From positions 1 through 50,710 of the forward strand of contig JADHNL010000004.1 in NCBI GenBank assembly GCA_016779525.1: a stretch of 50,710 nucleotides of DNA, read 5' to 3'. The DNA comes from SAR86 cluster bacterium. GTDB taxonomy: Bacteria > Pseudomonadota > Gammaproteobacteria > Magnimaribacterales > TMED112. A program made the position numbers and the translations under genes. Of this stretch, positions 13,545 through 28,670 are shown one piece after another. Position 1 is the stretch's first letter. Each line of letters begins with the position of its first letter. The notes beneath the pieces were generated by a model. The model was not told where the DNA came from. It worked only from the letters and a program-made list of their open reading frames with translations, and searched no databases.

Positions 13545-14843
13545 CTACTTGCCTATACAAAAATTTTGAAATATCTCATCTAGAATTTTTTCGTTGCTAA
13601 AGTCTCCGTAAATATCTTTGATTAGTGCCAGCACATCTCTTAAGTCTTGAGCTGTTTTTTCAAATAAATCTTCCCCACAAGGTTTATTTGAGAGCACCTG
13701 AACAGCTAGTGATAAATTTTTATAAATTCTTTCTGACACCAAGTGATAATTGCTATCCGTTTTAACTCTTTTTTTAATCTCTTTCACCAACAGATCTATT
13801 CCTTCTCCAGTCTTTGCAGAAAGGGTTAAATCACAATTTTCAGAAAAACCTTTTTTTATTTTATCTACCTTATTTCCAACCCAAATTTCGCAAACAGGCC
13901 TTCTTTTCTCTAAATCACTCAAATCACTCACCCAAACAACAATATCAGCATTTTTGACAGCGTCAGATGTTCTTTTTATGCCAGCAAGCTCTATTTTTGA
14001 GGATGTGTTTCTAATGCCAGCAGTATCACCAATTTCAACCTCAACACCACTCAAATATAAATCTCCTTTAACAACATCTCTTGTTGTTCCAGGCCTGCTT
14101 GAAACAATTGCAACATCATTACCAACAAGCTGGTTGAATAGAGAAGATTTTCCAACATTGGGCTTGCCCACCAACACAACTTTTGGTTTTAAAACTTTTT
14201 GAGTGATTGGTCTGTAGTTCATAAGAATTTCACCCAACCCATTACTTAAGCGGCTCAAACCATCCAACACCTCTTGCCCACCAACCTCGTACACATCTTC
14301 TTCATCAGAGAAATCGATCTGAGACTCAACAGAAACCAGCAACTTTTCGCAAAAAACCAAGGATTCCATTATTTTGTTTGCCAACAAACCAGAGCGAAAA
14401 GAGTTCATAGCCGCAAGATCGTTTAAAGACCTGGCTTCAATACCAAGAGAAATTGCCTCTGCTTGATCAAGTGTTATTTTTTCATTGAGATATGCCCTTT
14501 TGCTAAATTCTCCTCTTTCTGCTTCTCTTACCCCCAACCCTTCCAACCAAGAACATATGGCCGAAACAATTATGGGGTTTCCGTGACAATGAATTTCTAT
14601 AACATTTTCACCAGTATAAGAATTAGGAGAAGGAAAAAACAAAAACAAACATTGATCAGAAAAACTCGGCAACTTTAAGGTTTTTACACAAAGATTAGCA
14701 GACCCCTTGTCAGACCAAACATATGATTCGAGATCTTTTGGAAGGGCTTTTCCACTAACCCTTATTACTGATATTGCTGACCTTCCTGATGGGGTTGCAA
14801 GACCATATATTGAATCAGGTTTACTATTAACCGCCACCGCCAC
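13545..14843 (-). CDS. mnmE: tRNA modification GTPase MnmE (TrmE)
   Basis: ATPSGRSAISVIRVSG, PNSYTGE, GKPNVGKSS, GTTRD, DTAGIR, C-terminal FCIGK. Start uncertain (GTG 14843 or 14837). Confidence 0.96.
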   Translation of the reverse strand: MAVAVNSKPDSIYGLATPSGRSAISVIRVSGKALPKDLESYVWSDKGSANLCVKTLKLPSFSDQCLFLFFPSPNSYTGENVIEIHCHGNPIIVSAICSWLEGLGVREAERGEFSKRAYLNEKITLDQAEAISLGIEARSLNDLAAMNSFRSGLLANKIMESLVFCEKLLVSVESQIDFSDEEDVYEVGGQEVLDGLSRLSNGLGEILMNYRPITQKVLKPKVVLVGKPNVGKSSLFNQLVGNDVAIVSSRPGTTRDVVKGDLYLSGVEVEIGDTAGIRNTSSKIELAGIKRTSDAVKNADIVVWVSDLSDLEKRRPVCEIWVGNKVDKIKKGFSENCDLTLSAKTGEGIDLLVKEIKKRVKTDSNYHLVSERIYKNLSLAVQVLSNKPCGEDLFEKTAQDLRDVLALIKDIYGDFSNEKILDEIFQNFCIGK

Positions 14844-16335
14844 CAGTGCTTGGTTCAACTCTTCCCATAATTATCATCTGCGGAACAATAGATAAAACCA
14901 TATTTACGACTGAATATATAACAACCCCAGCCGGCATAAATAAAAATATTACAGTTATCATTGGTGGAAATACCACCATCATTTGTTGTGCAATTTGGGC
15001 TTGCATGCCTTGAGTTTGTGGGGGTTTTGGCATCATTTTTTGGGAAGCATACATCATTAGACCCATTAAAACAGGTGCTATAAATAGTGGGTCGGACTCT
15101 GCTAGGTCAGGTATCCATAAAAAAGACTCTCCCCGAAACTCAAAAGCTTCTCTTGTAACCCAAAACATAGCAATAAATATTGGTAGTTGGGCAAACAAAG
15201 GCAAACACCCAGCAGCTGGATTAAATTTCTCTTTTCTGTATAGGCTCATCATCTCCATGCCAAGCTTTTGTTGGTCATTTTTGTAGGTTTGTTGAATTTC
15301 CTGCAGCTTGGGCTGAAGCTTCCTCATCTGAACCATGGACTTAATTTGCATTATCTGAAGAGGCGACAAGGCAAGCTTAAATAGCACCGTAAGCAAAACA
15401 ATAGAGATACCCCAGTCTTGTACAAAACCATATAAAAAGTTCATTACAACTATAAAGAACTCTCCTATCCCAAACACAAAACCCAAGTCCAGGTTGTACT
15501 TAAAGTGGGGGGCTACCACCTCAAGAACTTCTTTTTTCTTTGGACCAAAAAAAATGCTGGTTTTGTTTAAATACTCACCACTTGAAGAGGTAACTTGTTC
15601 TTCAAAACCAAACCTATAAACACCGTTAGAGTCTGCAGGATACATTGATATTTTCTGCATGTTTTCTTTATCAAACACAGAGACAACAAAATGTTTTTGA
15701 GAATGTCCAACCCAGTGCCCAAGATATTCTTTTTTTGCCTTAATAAAGGTAAGCGATTCATCTTTAAAAGCATCCTCGCTTGTGCTAAATGCCAAATGGT
15801 CTCTTGAAAACGAGGTGCCATAATCTACTGATTTTTTTCCATTACGATAAAATGTTTTAAAAAAATTAATAGAACCATAACCAGGAACTGCCAACAACAA
15901 TTCATCAAATATCTCTAAAACATAATTGTCTGAAAGGTTGAATGTTTTTTTAAGCTTATTGTTAGCAGCATCTTCAGCCACCAGCACCAAGCTGCTTGAA
16001 GTGAGCTCTTCGACCACAAAAACCTCAGACGAAAACCCAGAGACAGAGGTCTTGAAATAAAAAGTCAACAACTCATCGTCTGACATTAGCCTTGTTTTAT
16101 AAAGCCCATTTCTTTCATTTTTTTCTGCAAGAAAAACCTCTTTAACAGAACCATCTCTTTGATCAACATAAATTTCTAGGAAATCATTTGAAATTTTTTG
16201 ATATTGGCTGTCATTTGTTTGCACAGCTAGAGAGGTGTTGAGTTTATTTTCTTTATTGATGTTTTCCCAGTCAAAAACCAACAACAAAACAAAAACAAAA
16301 GTTAATGCTAAAAAAACAATCCTTGGACTAAACAT
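14827..16335 (-). CDS. yidC: Membrane protein insertase YidC
   Basis: N-terminal TM, periplasmic domain, WGISIVLLT, LQPKL, NPAAGCLP, WIPDL; rnpA-yidC-mnmE synteny. Confidence 0.96.
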   Translation of the reverse strand: MFSPRIVFLALTFVFVLLLVFDWENINKENKLNTSLAVQTNDSQYQKISNDFLEIYVDQRDGSVKEVFLAEKNERNGLYKTRLMSDDELLTFYFKTSVSGFSSEVFVVEELTSSSLVLVAEDAANNKLKKTFNLSDNYVLEIFDELLLAVPGYGSINFFKTFYRNGKKSVDYGTSFSRDHLAFSTSEDAFKDESLTFIKAKKEYLGHWVGHSQKHFVVSVFDKENMQKISMYPADSNGVYRFGFEEQVTSSSGEYLNKTSIFFGPKKKEVLEVVAPHFKYNLDLGFVFGIGEFFIVVMNFLYGFVQDWGISIVLLTVLFKLALSPLQIMQIKSMVQMRKLQPKLQEIQQTYKNDQQKLGMEMMSLYRKEKFNPAAGCLPLFAQLPIFIAMFWVTREAFEFRGESFLWIPDLAESDPLFIAPVLMGLMMYASQKMMPKPPQTQGMQAQIAQQMMVVFPPMITVIFLFMPAGVVIYSVVNMVLSIVPQMIIMGRVEPSTGGGGG

Positions 16336-16645
16336 TTTTAAAATAATTTTCTAGGGCTTTTTCGAAATCCACTAAATTTGAGTTAAATTTTACCAAAAAA
16401 TGTTTATTAAAGGAGCGGTCTGATGATTTTCTATAAATTTCTTTCACCACCCTACGCAGACGATTTCTTTCTACAGAGCTGCCAACAACCTTTTTTGGAA
16501 TCGAAACTAAAATAGCCCCCACTTCAACCCTTCCAGACTCAAACACCACCAAACCATCACAAATATTTTCTCTGCTCCAAGAAAACATCTCTTTTGAAAT
16601 TTTCTTTAGTTTATTTTTTTTGTTAAGAGCTGGTGCTTTAGGCAT
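16328..16645 (-). CDS. rnpA: Ribonuclease P protein component (divergent)
   Basis: IPKKVVGSSVERNRLRRVVKEIYR RNR motif; position after rpmH. Confidence 0.85.
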   Translation of the reverse strand: MPKAPALNKKNKLKKISKEMFSWSRENICDGLVVFESGRVEVGAILVSIPKKVVGSSVERNRLRRVVKEIYRKSSDRSFNKHFLVKFNSNLVDFEKALENYFKNV

Positions 16646-16651
16646 TTACAG

Positions 16652-16786
16652 CTATACAGAAAGTGTCTTTCTTCCTTTTGCACGTCTATTTGATAGTACA
16701 GCTCTACCGGCTTTTGTTGACATTCTTTCTCTGAAGCCGTGTGTTCGTTTTCTTTTTATGTTTGTTACTTTTAGAGTTCTTTTCAT
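16652..16786 (-). CDS. rpmH: 50S ribosomal protein L34
   Basis: Below the ORF-track cutoff. Manual translation [44 protein letters not shown] (44 aa), divergent from dnaA. Confidence 0.96.
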   Translation of the reverse strand: MKRTLKVTNIKRKRTHGFRERMSTKAGRAVLSNRRAKGRKTLSV

Positions 16787-16788
16787 TT

Positions 16789-16797
16789 TTATCCACA
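16789..16797 (+). promoter_or_regulatory. Consensus DnaA box
   Basis: Exact TTATCCACA in the rpmH-dnaA spacer; probably dnaA autoregulation. Confidence 0.8.
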
Positions 16798-16843
16798 GGT
16801 TTTTAACAAAAAACCAATATACTTGTTACATGTTTTTAAAAGC

Positions 16844-16859
16844 TTAAGTATTATAAACT
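16844..16859. promoter_or_regulatory. Overlapping -10 elements for rpmH and dnaA
   Basis: TATAAT on - (16850-16855); TATTAT (16849-16854) and TAAACT (16854-16859) on +. Confidence 0.5.
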
Positions 16860-16866
16860 TATCGCG

Positions 16867-18165
16867 ATGTCTAACAAGCTTTCTACAGTAAATATTTTTA
16901 ACAAGAGTGTGCAAGAGCTGCAAAAACAATTAAATTCAACTGAATTTAACTCTTGGATTAAGCCCCTAGAGTTTGATTTGAAAGAGAACAACTTTAATAT
17001 TTATGCCCCCAATAGTTTTGTAGAGGATTTTTTTAAGAAAAAATATCTACCAACAATAACCAGCTTTTTAGAAAATCACATAGGCAGAAACAAATTTATA
17101 CTAAATGTATCGATTAGCGAAGAGCAACCGAAATCTCCAAACACAACAGGATTAAATAGGCTTTATACTTTTGATACTTTTGTTGAAGGAAAATCCAACC
17201 AAATTGCACTTGCAGCAGCCAAACAAGTAGCAGAGCAAGCTGCAAACACAGAGTACAACCCTCTTTTTCTATATGGGGGTGTGGGGCTCGGAAAAACACA
17301 CCTTATGCATTCTATTGGGAACAGCCTGTTACAAGAAAGGCCAAATGCAAAAATATGTTATGTCCACTCAGAGAGGTTTGTTAGCGACATGGTAAAAGCT
17401 TTACAGCTTGGTGCAATTAATGAGTTTAAAAAATTCTACAGAAACCTTAATGCACTATTAATTGACGACATTCAATTTTTTGCTGGCAAAGAGCAATCAC
17501 AAGAAGAGCTCTTCCATACCTTTAATAGCCTTATAGAGGCTGGAAATTTAATGATTTTCTCATGTGACAGATACCCAAAAGAAATAGAGGGCCTTGAGGA
17601 AAGGCTGAAATCAAGGTTTGGTTGGGGCCTTTCTGTAGTTATTGATCCACCAGCCCTTGAAACAAGAGCTGCAATTCTTTTGAAAAAAGCTGAAGATATG
17701 AACCTAAGCTTACCCGATGATTGTGCTTTTTTTATTGCCCAACAAGTTAAATCAAATGTTAGGGAGCTTGAGGGTGCCTTGAAAAGGGTGGCTGCCAATG
17801 CAAAATTTGCCAAAACAGATATTGATATAAACCTCATTAAGGAGTCATTAAGAGACGTTCTAGCTATACAGGCTAAAATGGTTACAATCTCAAATATCCA
17901 GAGGGTTGTGGCTGATTATTACAATATAAAAATGAGTGACCTTCTTTCAAAAAGAAGAAACAGATCAATTACCAGACCAAGACAGTTGGCTATGGCTCTC
18001 TCCAAAGAACTTACTAATCATAGTTTACCTGAGATTGGAGAGGCTTTTGGTGGAAGAGACCACACCACAGTTATACACGCTTGTGAAAAAACGAAAGAAT
18101 TAAAGCTATCAAACCTTGAAATCGATGAGGATTATAGGAAACTAAGAAGAAGCTTATCTGCCTGA
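16867..18165 (+). CDS. dnaA: Chromosomal replication initiator DnaA
   Basis: [46 protein letters not shown]. Confidence 0.99.
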   Translation: MSNKLSTVNIFNKSVQELQKQLNSTEFNSWIKPLEFDLKENNFNIYAPNSFVEDFFKKKYLPTITSFLENHIGRNKFILNVSISEEQPKSPNTTGLNRLYTFDTFVEGKSNQIALAAAKQVAEQAANTEYNPLFLYGGVGLGKTHLMHSIGNSLLQERPNAKICYVHSERFVSDMVKALQLGAINEFKKFYRNLNALLIDDIQFFAGKEQSQEELFHTFNSLIEAGNLMIFSCDRYPKEIEGLEERLKSRFGWGLSVVIDPPALETRAAILLKKAEDMNLSLPDDCAFFIAQQVKSNVRELEGALKRVAANAKFAKTDIDINLIKESLRDVLAIQAKMVTISNIQRVVADYYNIKMSDLLSKRRNRSITRPRQLAMALSKELTNHSLPEIGEAFGGRDHTTVIHACEKTKELKLSNLEIDEDYRKLRRSLSA

Positions 18166-18166
18166 T

Positions 18167-19261
18167 ATGAAACTTAGTATCAACAAAGAACAAATAATTA
18201 ACCAACTTCAATCACTAGCAGCAGTCGCCGATAAAAAACAAACACTACCAATACTAAGCAATATTTTAATTAGGGCGGATGAAGAAGTAATCACTCTTAA
18301 GAGCACAGATCTAGAGGTAGAGCTTGAATTTGTAATACCCAATAAAAACCAAACTCCAGGCGAGATCACAATTCCAGCAAAAAAAATTTCAGACATTATC
18401 AAAGAACTTCCAGATGGACAAATTGATTTTGAATTAAATGATGACGCCTCAAAGCTTTTAATTAAATCATCATCAGGCAGATACAATCTTTCAACAATAT
18501 CGGCATCAGATTTTCCAGACTTTGATGTTGTCAAATCAGACCAAACATATAATATTCCATCAGAATCTTTTATAAATCTGATACAAAAAACCTCTTTTGC
18601 CATGGCAAACCAGGATTGGCGACACTACCTTAATGGATGCTTATTTCAGAAAAGTTTAAACGACCTGGTTATGGTTGCCACAGACGCTCATAGGCTTGCA
18701 ACATACATTATTCCACTTGAACAAGAAGGAGAGTTTTCTGGAATAATTCCAAGAAAATCTGTAATAGAGCTGCTAAAAATACTACCAAAGTCAAATGAAA
18801 ACATTTCATTTTATATAAACACAAACAACATTGTTTTTATGTCTAAAAATTTTACATTTAAATCAAAGCTTGTTGATGGAAATTATCCAAATTACAATCA
18901 AGTCATTCCAGCAGGAGAAGGTTTAGAGATTACTATTGAGAGAAAAAAACTATTGGACACACTTTCGAGGGTATCAGTTTTGTCTAGTGAAAAATTTAAG
19001 GGTGTAAAGTTGTGCACAAAAGGTGAAAGCTTAGAAGTTTCTGCACATAACCCTGAGCAAGAATCTGCTGAAGAGCTTGTTCCGCTTGTAAAAACAGCCG
19101 AAGGTTTTGATATTGCATTTAATGTAAATTATCTTAGAGAGGTTTTATCTAGTATAGAAGATGAAAACATCTCCATGGTTAGTTTTGGGCCAGACAAAAG
19201 CGCAATAATTAAAAGTTCAGACCTTGATCAAACACTTGTTTTAATGCCATTATTGCTTTAA
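18167..19261 (+). CDS. dnaN: DNA polymerase III beta clamp
   Basis: LPILSNIL, STDLE, ATDAHRL, LVDGNYPNY, FNVNYL, VLMP. Confidence 0.98.
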   Translation: MKLSINKEQIINQLQSLAAVADKKQTLPILSNILIRADEEVITLKSTDLEVELEFVIPNKNQTPGEITIPAKKISDIIKELPDGQIDFELNDDASKLLIKSSSGRYNLSTISASDFPDFDVVKSDQTYNIPSESFINLIQKTSFAMANQDWRHYLNGCLFQKSLNDLVMVATDAHRLATYIIPLEQEGEFSGIIPRKSVIELLKILPKSNENISFYINTNNIVFMSKNFTFKSKLVDGNYPNYNQVIPAGEGLEITIERKKLLDTLSRVSVLSSEKFKGVKLCTKGESLEVSAHNPEQESAEELVPLVKTAEGFDIAFNVNYLREVLSSIEDENISMVSFGPDKSAIIKSSDLDQTLVLMPLLL

Positions 19262-19262
19262 T

Positions 19263-23602
<4,340 letters not shown>

Positions 23603-23648
23603 TTAAATTCCTAAACTCAATAATTAAAGCTATTCTATTACTTTAAAA

Positions 23649-24464
23649 ATGTTTCTCATACTTTTTAAACTATTTTCTATTTTTCCACTCTTCCTTTTAA
23701 AAGCTATTGCCAGCTTATTTGCTCAATGTTTAATAATTTTTAGTTTATCTCCATACAGAATCACTAAAAAGAACATAAACTACTGCGGATTCAAGAACAA
23801 AAAACTTGCTCGCAACAGCATAAATATGACTGCTGAAACATTCCTTGAATACCCATATATATGGGGTAATCCAAGAAATTATCATAAATTACTCGAACAC
23901 AATGAAGAGCTTCATCAAATATCACAATCTGATAAGCCATCTTTGATATTTACACTACATATGGGTTGTGTAGATGTAATGCTTTTTCACTCTTCATACA
24001 ACCTTCCAAATTTAAATATTATTTATACTCCTGCAAAGAATAAAAATTTTGAGGATACTGTTCGAAAAATACGCCAGTCTATGGCAGCAAAACTTCATAC
24101 TGCTAATGTTAGTGGCATGAAAGAATTATACAAAAACTACCTAAATGGAGAGAATGTGATTGTTGCTTGTGATCTTGTACCGCATCACAAAGGAACGTAC
24201 TCAAAATTATTTAACAAGCCATGTTTTAGCATTGATCTAATTGAGAAGCTCTCAAAAAAAGATACTCATAATTTGCATTTTGTTTACTTAACGCATGGCA
24301 ATAATAAGAAATACAAATTTAATCTAGAAACGATTAACAGACCTATCTCAACAGATGAAATGAATAATTTTTTTGAAAAAGCCATTACCGAAGCACCGGA
24401 TCTCTATGGTTGGGAGTACAAAAAATTTAGAAAATTACAGGGAGAGGTTAAAAATATTTATTAA
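23649..24464 (+). CDS. Lipid A late acyltransferase (LpxL/HtrB family)
   Basis: N-terminal hydrophobic helix, H-x4-D motif HMGCVD, C-terminal APDLYGWEYKKFR; same position as the htrB-like gene near glyQS in Pseudomonas-type origins. Confidence 0.78.
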   Translation: MFLILFKLFSIFPLFLLKAIASLFAQCLIIFSLSPYRITKKNINYCGFKNKKLARNSINMTAETFLEYPYIWGNPRNYHKLLEHNEELHQISQSDKPSLIFTLHMGCVDVMLFHSSYNLPNLNIIYTPAKNKNFEDTVRKIRQSMAAKLHTANVSGMKELYKNYLNGENVIVACDLVPHHKGTYSKLFNKPCFSIDLIEKLSKKDTHNLHFVYLTHGNNKKYKFNLETINRPISTDEMNNFFEKAITEAPDLYGWEYKKFRKLQGEVKNIY

Positions 24465-25897
24465 TTTTTCCAAAAGGATGGAAAAAATAAGATCAAAACA
24501 CCAAACAATTCCAATCTTCCAACAATCATTGCAAAAGATAGAGCATATTTTCCAACATCACTTAAGGCAGAATAGTCATGGGTAAACTCACCCAAGCCTG
24601 GCCCTAAATTATTAATAGCTGCTGCCGTTCCGGAAAATGCAGAATAAAAATCAACCCCCTGAAATAGCAAAATAAATAAAAAAACCAAAAAGAAAGTTAT
24701 ATAAATAGCTACGAAGGAAAAAACAGCCTCAATTTGAGAGCTGCCGACTTTTTCGCCACTTATTTTTGTAATGTTAATAGCATTAGGGTGCATTAGTTTT
24801 GTTATATTATTGAATCCTACCTTTAGTAACATAAAAACCCGCCAGACCTTCATCCCTCCACCAAATGAGCCTGAACAAGCGCCAATGAATGAAATAATAA
24901 AAATATAAAAAGGCATAATTGTTCCAAGGTCATTTAGCGGAACCAAGGTAAAGCCAGTGGTCGTTATAATTGATACTGTTTGGAAGACCCCATATCGTAA
25001 TGATTCAGAGAAACTTAAATTTTCACGAAAAAATAAAATTAGTACCGACATAAGAATAGAAAAAATCACAATAAATTTAAAAAACTTAAACTCGTCATTT
25101 TCTCTATAGTACTTGAAAGATCTTCTAACAATAGATATGAAGTGGAGACCAAAGTTTGTTGCAGAGAGGAGCATGAACACAACTGCTACTAGTTCAATAG
25201 CTTGATTATTAAAGTGACCAAAGTTGTCGTTATAGATTGAAAAACCGCCAATTGAGACTGTGCTAAACGAATGAGCAAATGACTCAAAAACAGTCATGCC
25301 AACAATCCAATAAGACAAAGCACAAAGCAACGTAATGGCCAAGTAAAATTTTAAGAGTGATCGTGCAGTTTCTTGAAGCCTTGGTGAAAAGCTTTTTTCT
25401 GCAAAGCCAGATGTTTCTGCTTGTAGCACTTTAACACCGCCAGAAATCGCTGGAATAATCGCTATGACAATAATAACCAAACCAACCCCGCCAGCCCATT
25501 GCAATAATTGACGATACATCAACATATAGTCTGGCAAAATAGAAAGATTAGATATGCTGGTAGACCCAGTCGTAGTTAAGCCCGAAACCGCCTCAAAAAA
25601 AGCGTCAGAGGGGGACATGCCAAAACTAATAAATGGAATAGCAGCAATGATGGAAACCAAAAACCAACTTACAAAAGTGATAATGAATCCATCTCTTGGC
25701 GTGTAGTTAAATTTTGTCCGTCGGAGTGTAAAAAAAATTACCAAGGAATAGATCAAACCCCAAAAAAGAATGTAGCCTAATAAAGAATCTGCTTGACCAC
25801 CGTACAAGCTTAAAAGGTAAGAAGGCAAACCAACAAAGAAAGAGAAGAACAGCGAAATTGGTCCCAAAAACCTTAAAACCTTAAGCAGGGTTGTCAT
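24461..25897 (-). CDS. trkH: Trk potassium uptake membrane protein
   Basis: FFEAVSGLTTTG, STVSIGGF, SIITTTGF, INNLGPGLG, GRLE pore loops. Confidence 0.96.
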   Translation of the reverse strand: MTTLLKVLRFLGPISLFFSFFVGLPSYLLSLYGGQADSLLGYILFWGLIYSLVIFFTLRRTKFNYTPRDGFIITFVSWFLVSIIAAIPFISFGMSPSDAFFEAVSGLTTTGSTSISNLSILPDYMLMYRQLLQWAGGVGLVIIVIAIIPAISGGVKVLQAETSGFAEKSFSPRLQETARSLLKFYLAITLLCALSYWIVGMTVFESFAHSFSTVSIGGFSIYNDNFGHFNNQAIELVAVVFMLLSATNFGLHFISIVRRSFKYYRENDEFKFFKFIVIFSILMSVLILFFRENLSFSESLRYGVFQTVSIITTTGFTLVPLNDLGTIMPFYIFIISFIGACSGSFGGGMKVWRVFMLLKVGFNNITKLMHPNAINITKISGEKVGSSQIEAVFSFVAIYITFFLVFLFILLFQGVDFYSAFSGTAAAINNLGPGLGEFTHDYSALSDVGKYALSFAMIVGRLELFGVLILFFPSFWKN

Positions 25898-27234
25898 TTG
25901 TACTTATTATAAAATGAATCAAAGACAGATTTATCTTTATAAAAAATTAATAAATGATCTCTCTCTTGTATTAGGGTTGAGCTGTGCGCCATGATGGCTT
26001 CTTCATCTCTAATCAAGCAAGGGATATTCATATCGCCATTCAAATTCAATTCCTGTATTGATTTTCCAATTAAATTTTTTATTGATGAATCAACATTGAG
26101 CTCCATTACTTCTGCAGCCCCTTTTTTTACTTTATGAGCATTAAATACTGAGCCTTTTCTGATGTACTTTAAAATGTGTGAAACAGTTATTTGAACTGGA
26201 AAGATAATAATATCTAAATCGTTTCCTTCTACCAGATCAAGGTATGCCTCTTTGTTTACAATAGTAATAGTTTTCTTAGCGCCAAGTTTTTTTGCCATCA
26301 TTGAACAAAGAACATTGGTCTCATCATCCTGCGTTACAGCAATAAATACATCGCAGTTTTCAATATTCTCACTTGCTAGAAAATCTTTATCTGCAACGTC
26401 TGCATTTAATATAAGAACTCCATCAAGATCTTCTGAGCTTTTCTCACACTGGTCGGGATCTTTTTCAATTACTTTTACATTAAAATCATTGTTTGTTTTT
26501 TTAGCCAATAATTTCCCAAGATTACCACACCCAGCTATGTAGATATTTTTGTATTTATCCTCGAGCTGTTGAAGCTCTCTTGTCACATCTTCAATGTGGT
26601 TCTCATCAGCAATGAAGTAAACCTCATCCTCTTCATTAATTACTGTATCCCCATTAGGAATAAGGAACTCATCCTCTCTATAAATAGCGGGTATTCTTGT
26701 CTCATAATCAGGTAAATCCTTTTTTAATTCTTTGATCTGTCTTCCAACTAAAAGGCCAGTTTTTTTGGCGTAAACACTTACAAGTTTTGTCCTATTTTCA
26801 TCAAAATCTAAAACCTCCAAAGCACCTGGATGCACCAAAAGGTCTTTTATCTCGTTTGTAATTAAGTCTTCAGGGTTGATAAAGTAGTCAACTCCACTTG
26901 CAATTTCATCGCTAATGTTTGTGTAAGCAGATCCAGTAAGCCTACAGACAATTTTTCCAATTTCAAACTGCGATCTGGCAACAATAGAGGCGAGGATATT
27001 TGTTTCCTCGACATCAGTTAAGCACAATAATAGAGTTTGGCTGTCAAAGCCCGCTTTTGAAAGAGTTTTGGGGGATGAAGCATTACCCTGAATGACAATA
27101 ATACCTTCTTTGCCATTAATCTTTTCAAGATTTTTTTCATTATTGTCTATAACAATAATGTCATTCTCTTCTGAAGAAAGTTCGTTAGCAACGCTGCCAC
27201 CAATAGAACCTGCTCCTAGTATAACTATTCTCAA
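25894..27234 (-). CDS. trkA: Trk potassium uptake NAD-binding RCK protein
   Basis: Tandem RCK domains ILGAGSIG and IAGCGNLG, DETN motif. Confidence 0.96.
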   Translation of the reverse strand: MRIVILGAGSIGGSVANELSSEENDIIVIDNNEKNLEKINGKEGIIVIQGNASSPKTLSKAGFDSQTLLLCLTDVEETNILASIVARSQFEIGKIVCRLTGSAYTNISDEIASGVDYFINPEDLITNEIKDLLVHPGALEVLDFDENRTKLVSVYAKKTGLLVGRQIKELKKDLPDYETRIPAIYREDEFLIPNGDTVINEEDEVYFIADENHIEDVTRELQQLEDKYKNIYIAGCGNLGKLLAKKTNNDFNVKVIEKDPDQCEKSSEDLDGVLILNADVADKDFLASENIENCDVFIAVTQDDETNVLCSMMAKKLGAKKTITIVNKEAYLDLVEGNDLDIIIFPVQITVSHILKYIRKGSVFNAHKVKKGAAEVMELNVDSSIKNLIGKSIQELNLNGDMNIPCLIRDEEAIMAHSSTLIQERDHLLIFYKDKSVFDSFYNKYK

Positions 27235-28172
27235 GCTAGCATCTCTCCTGGGTAAATTATATCTCTTTTTGAATTAAAGAGATCATTAGAATCAATTGGT
27301 TTTTTCCCAGGAAATTGAAGAGATTTAATTTTTATAAGTCCATCTGAACAAAAAACGTCCAATGATTTTTGGTCGAATTTTGCAACACAACCTGTAGAGC
27401 CATCAATGTCAGGAATAATTTCTATATCTAAAACTTTAACTAATTCACCCTTTACATTTATTGATGAATGTGGCCATCTTTTAAATGCATTAAACTGATT
27501 AATTATTGACTCACCACTCATATTTAAATCAATTACTCCATCGGATTTCGTTATTTTTCCAGCATAAGACACTGCAGATTCATTTTGTGGGACAGGCAGT
27601 AAAGTGCCATTTACAATATTTGATATAACTTCATTTAAATTGCTTATTGATTCTTTAATTAGCATGGTTTCTGTCTGAAAAATATCTTTTCCATTGAGAG
27701 GTTTTATGATCTGTTTATATATTGGCCCCGCATCCATTTGACTAACAAGCTTCATAAAGCTTACACCTGTTTCTTTGTCTCCATTTTGTATTGCTCTTTG
27801 CATTGGTGATGCTCCTCTCCATTTTGGCAATAAAGAAAAATGGACATTCACACAACCATGGAGAGGATAATTTAACATCCAATCAGGAATTATTTTTCCA
27901 TAAGCAACCACAACTAGCAGATCAATATCAAATTGTTTGATTGTTGACATGAATGATTGATCATCAAGCGAATGCGGCTGAAAAACTGGTGCGTTAACTT
28001 TGTTGTCAGCAAAAAGACTTTGCTCAGCAACCAAGCCTCTACCTAATGGTTTGGAGGTCTGGGTAATTACAAATTTGATATCGTTTCTTGTTGATGAGCA
28101 TAACTCATTAAAATGCTCCAATGCTAAATGAGGTGTCCCAGCAAACCCAAGTCTAATTTTAGTTTGTGGCAT
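27231..28172 (-). CDS. fmt: Methionyl-tRNA formyltransferase
   Basis: FAGTP, VVAYG, NVHFSLLPKWRGASP, MDAGP. Start placed at MPQTK. Confidence 0.96.
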   Translation of the reverse strand: MPQTKIRLGFAGTPHLALEHFNELCSSTRNDIKFVITQTSKPLGRGLVAEQSLFADNKVNAPVFQPHSLDDQSFMSTIKQFDIDLLVVVAYGKIIPDWMLNYPLHGCVNVHFSLLPKWRGASPMQRAIQNGDKETGVSFMKLVSQMDAGPIYKQIIKPLNGKDIFQTETMLIKESISNLNEVISNIVNGTLLPVPQNESAVSYAGKITKSDGVIDLNMSGESIINQFNAFKRWPHSSINVKGELVKVLDIEIIPDIDGSTGCVAKFDQKSLDVFCSDGLIKIKSLQFPGKKPIDSNDLFNSKRDIIYPGEMLA

Positions 28173-28665
28173 CTTTTTTCTTAACAAGCTTATTTTTAAT
28201 TCTGTCTCTTTTTAGAGGCGACAGGTAGTCAACCATAAGCTTGCCTTCTAAATGGTCTATTTCGTGTTGAACACATACACTTAGAATGCCCTCTGCAATG
28301 ACTGATTCATGTTTTCCTTCAAGGGTTTGGAATCTTAATTCAATTTTCTTTGGACGATAGATCTCTTCATAAAAAGTTGGAATTGAGAGACAGCCTTCCT
28401 TGTATTGCTCAATAGTTTCATCTAAAACGGTAAATTCTGGATTAACTAGAAATAGCGGCTCGTTTTGTTCTTCAGAGACATCAATAACAATAAGCCTTTT
28501 ATGAAAATCAACTTGTGTGGCTGCTAGACCAATACCATTTGATTTATACATTGTATATAACATGGCTTCAGCCATTTTTTTTAACTCAATATCAAAAACA
28601 TCTATTGGCGTTGCTTTTTTTCTTAACCTAGGGTCAGGAAATGTTAATATATTTAGCTTATTCAT
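28159..28665 (-). CDS. def: Peptide deformylase
   Basis: GIGLAATQ, EGCLS, QHEIDH. True start MNKLNILTFPDPRL at 28665; the longer ORF-track call overlaps purE. Confidence 0.97.
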   Translation of the reverse strand: MNKLNILTFPDPRLRKKATPIDVFDIELKKMAEAMLYTMYKSNGIGLAATQVDFHKRLIVIDVSEEQNEPLFLVNPEFTVLDETIEQYKEGCLSIPTFYEEIYRPKKIELRFQTLEGKHESVIAEGILSVCVQHEIDHLEGKLMVDYLSPLKRDRIKNKLVKKKDATN

Positions 28666-28670
28666 TCTGT

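Noticed and set aside
16787-16866. rpmH-dnaA spacer as the main oriC
   Set aside because: Only 80 bp with one perfect DnaA box and it must hold two promoters; the mnmG-proximal gap fits better. A helper role in a bipartite origin is not excluded.
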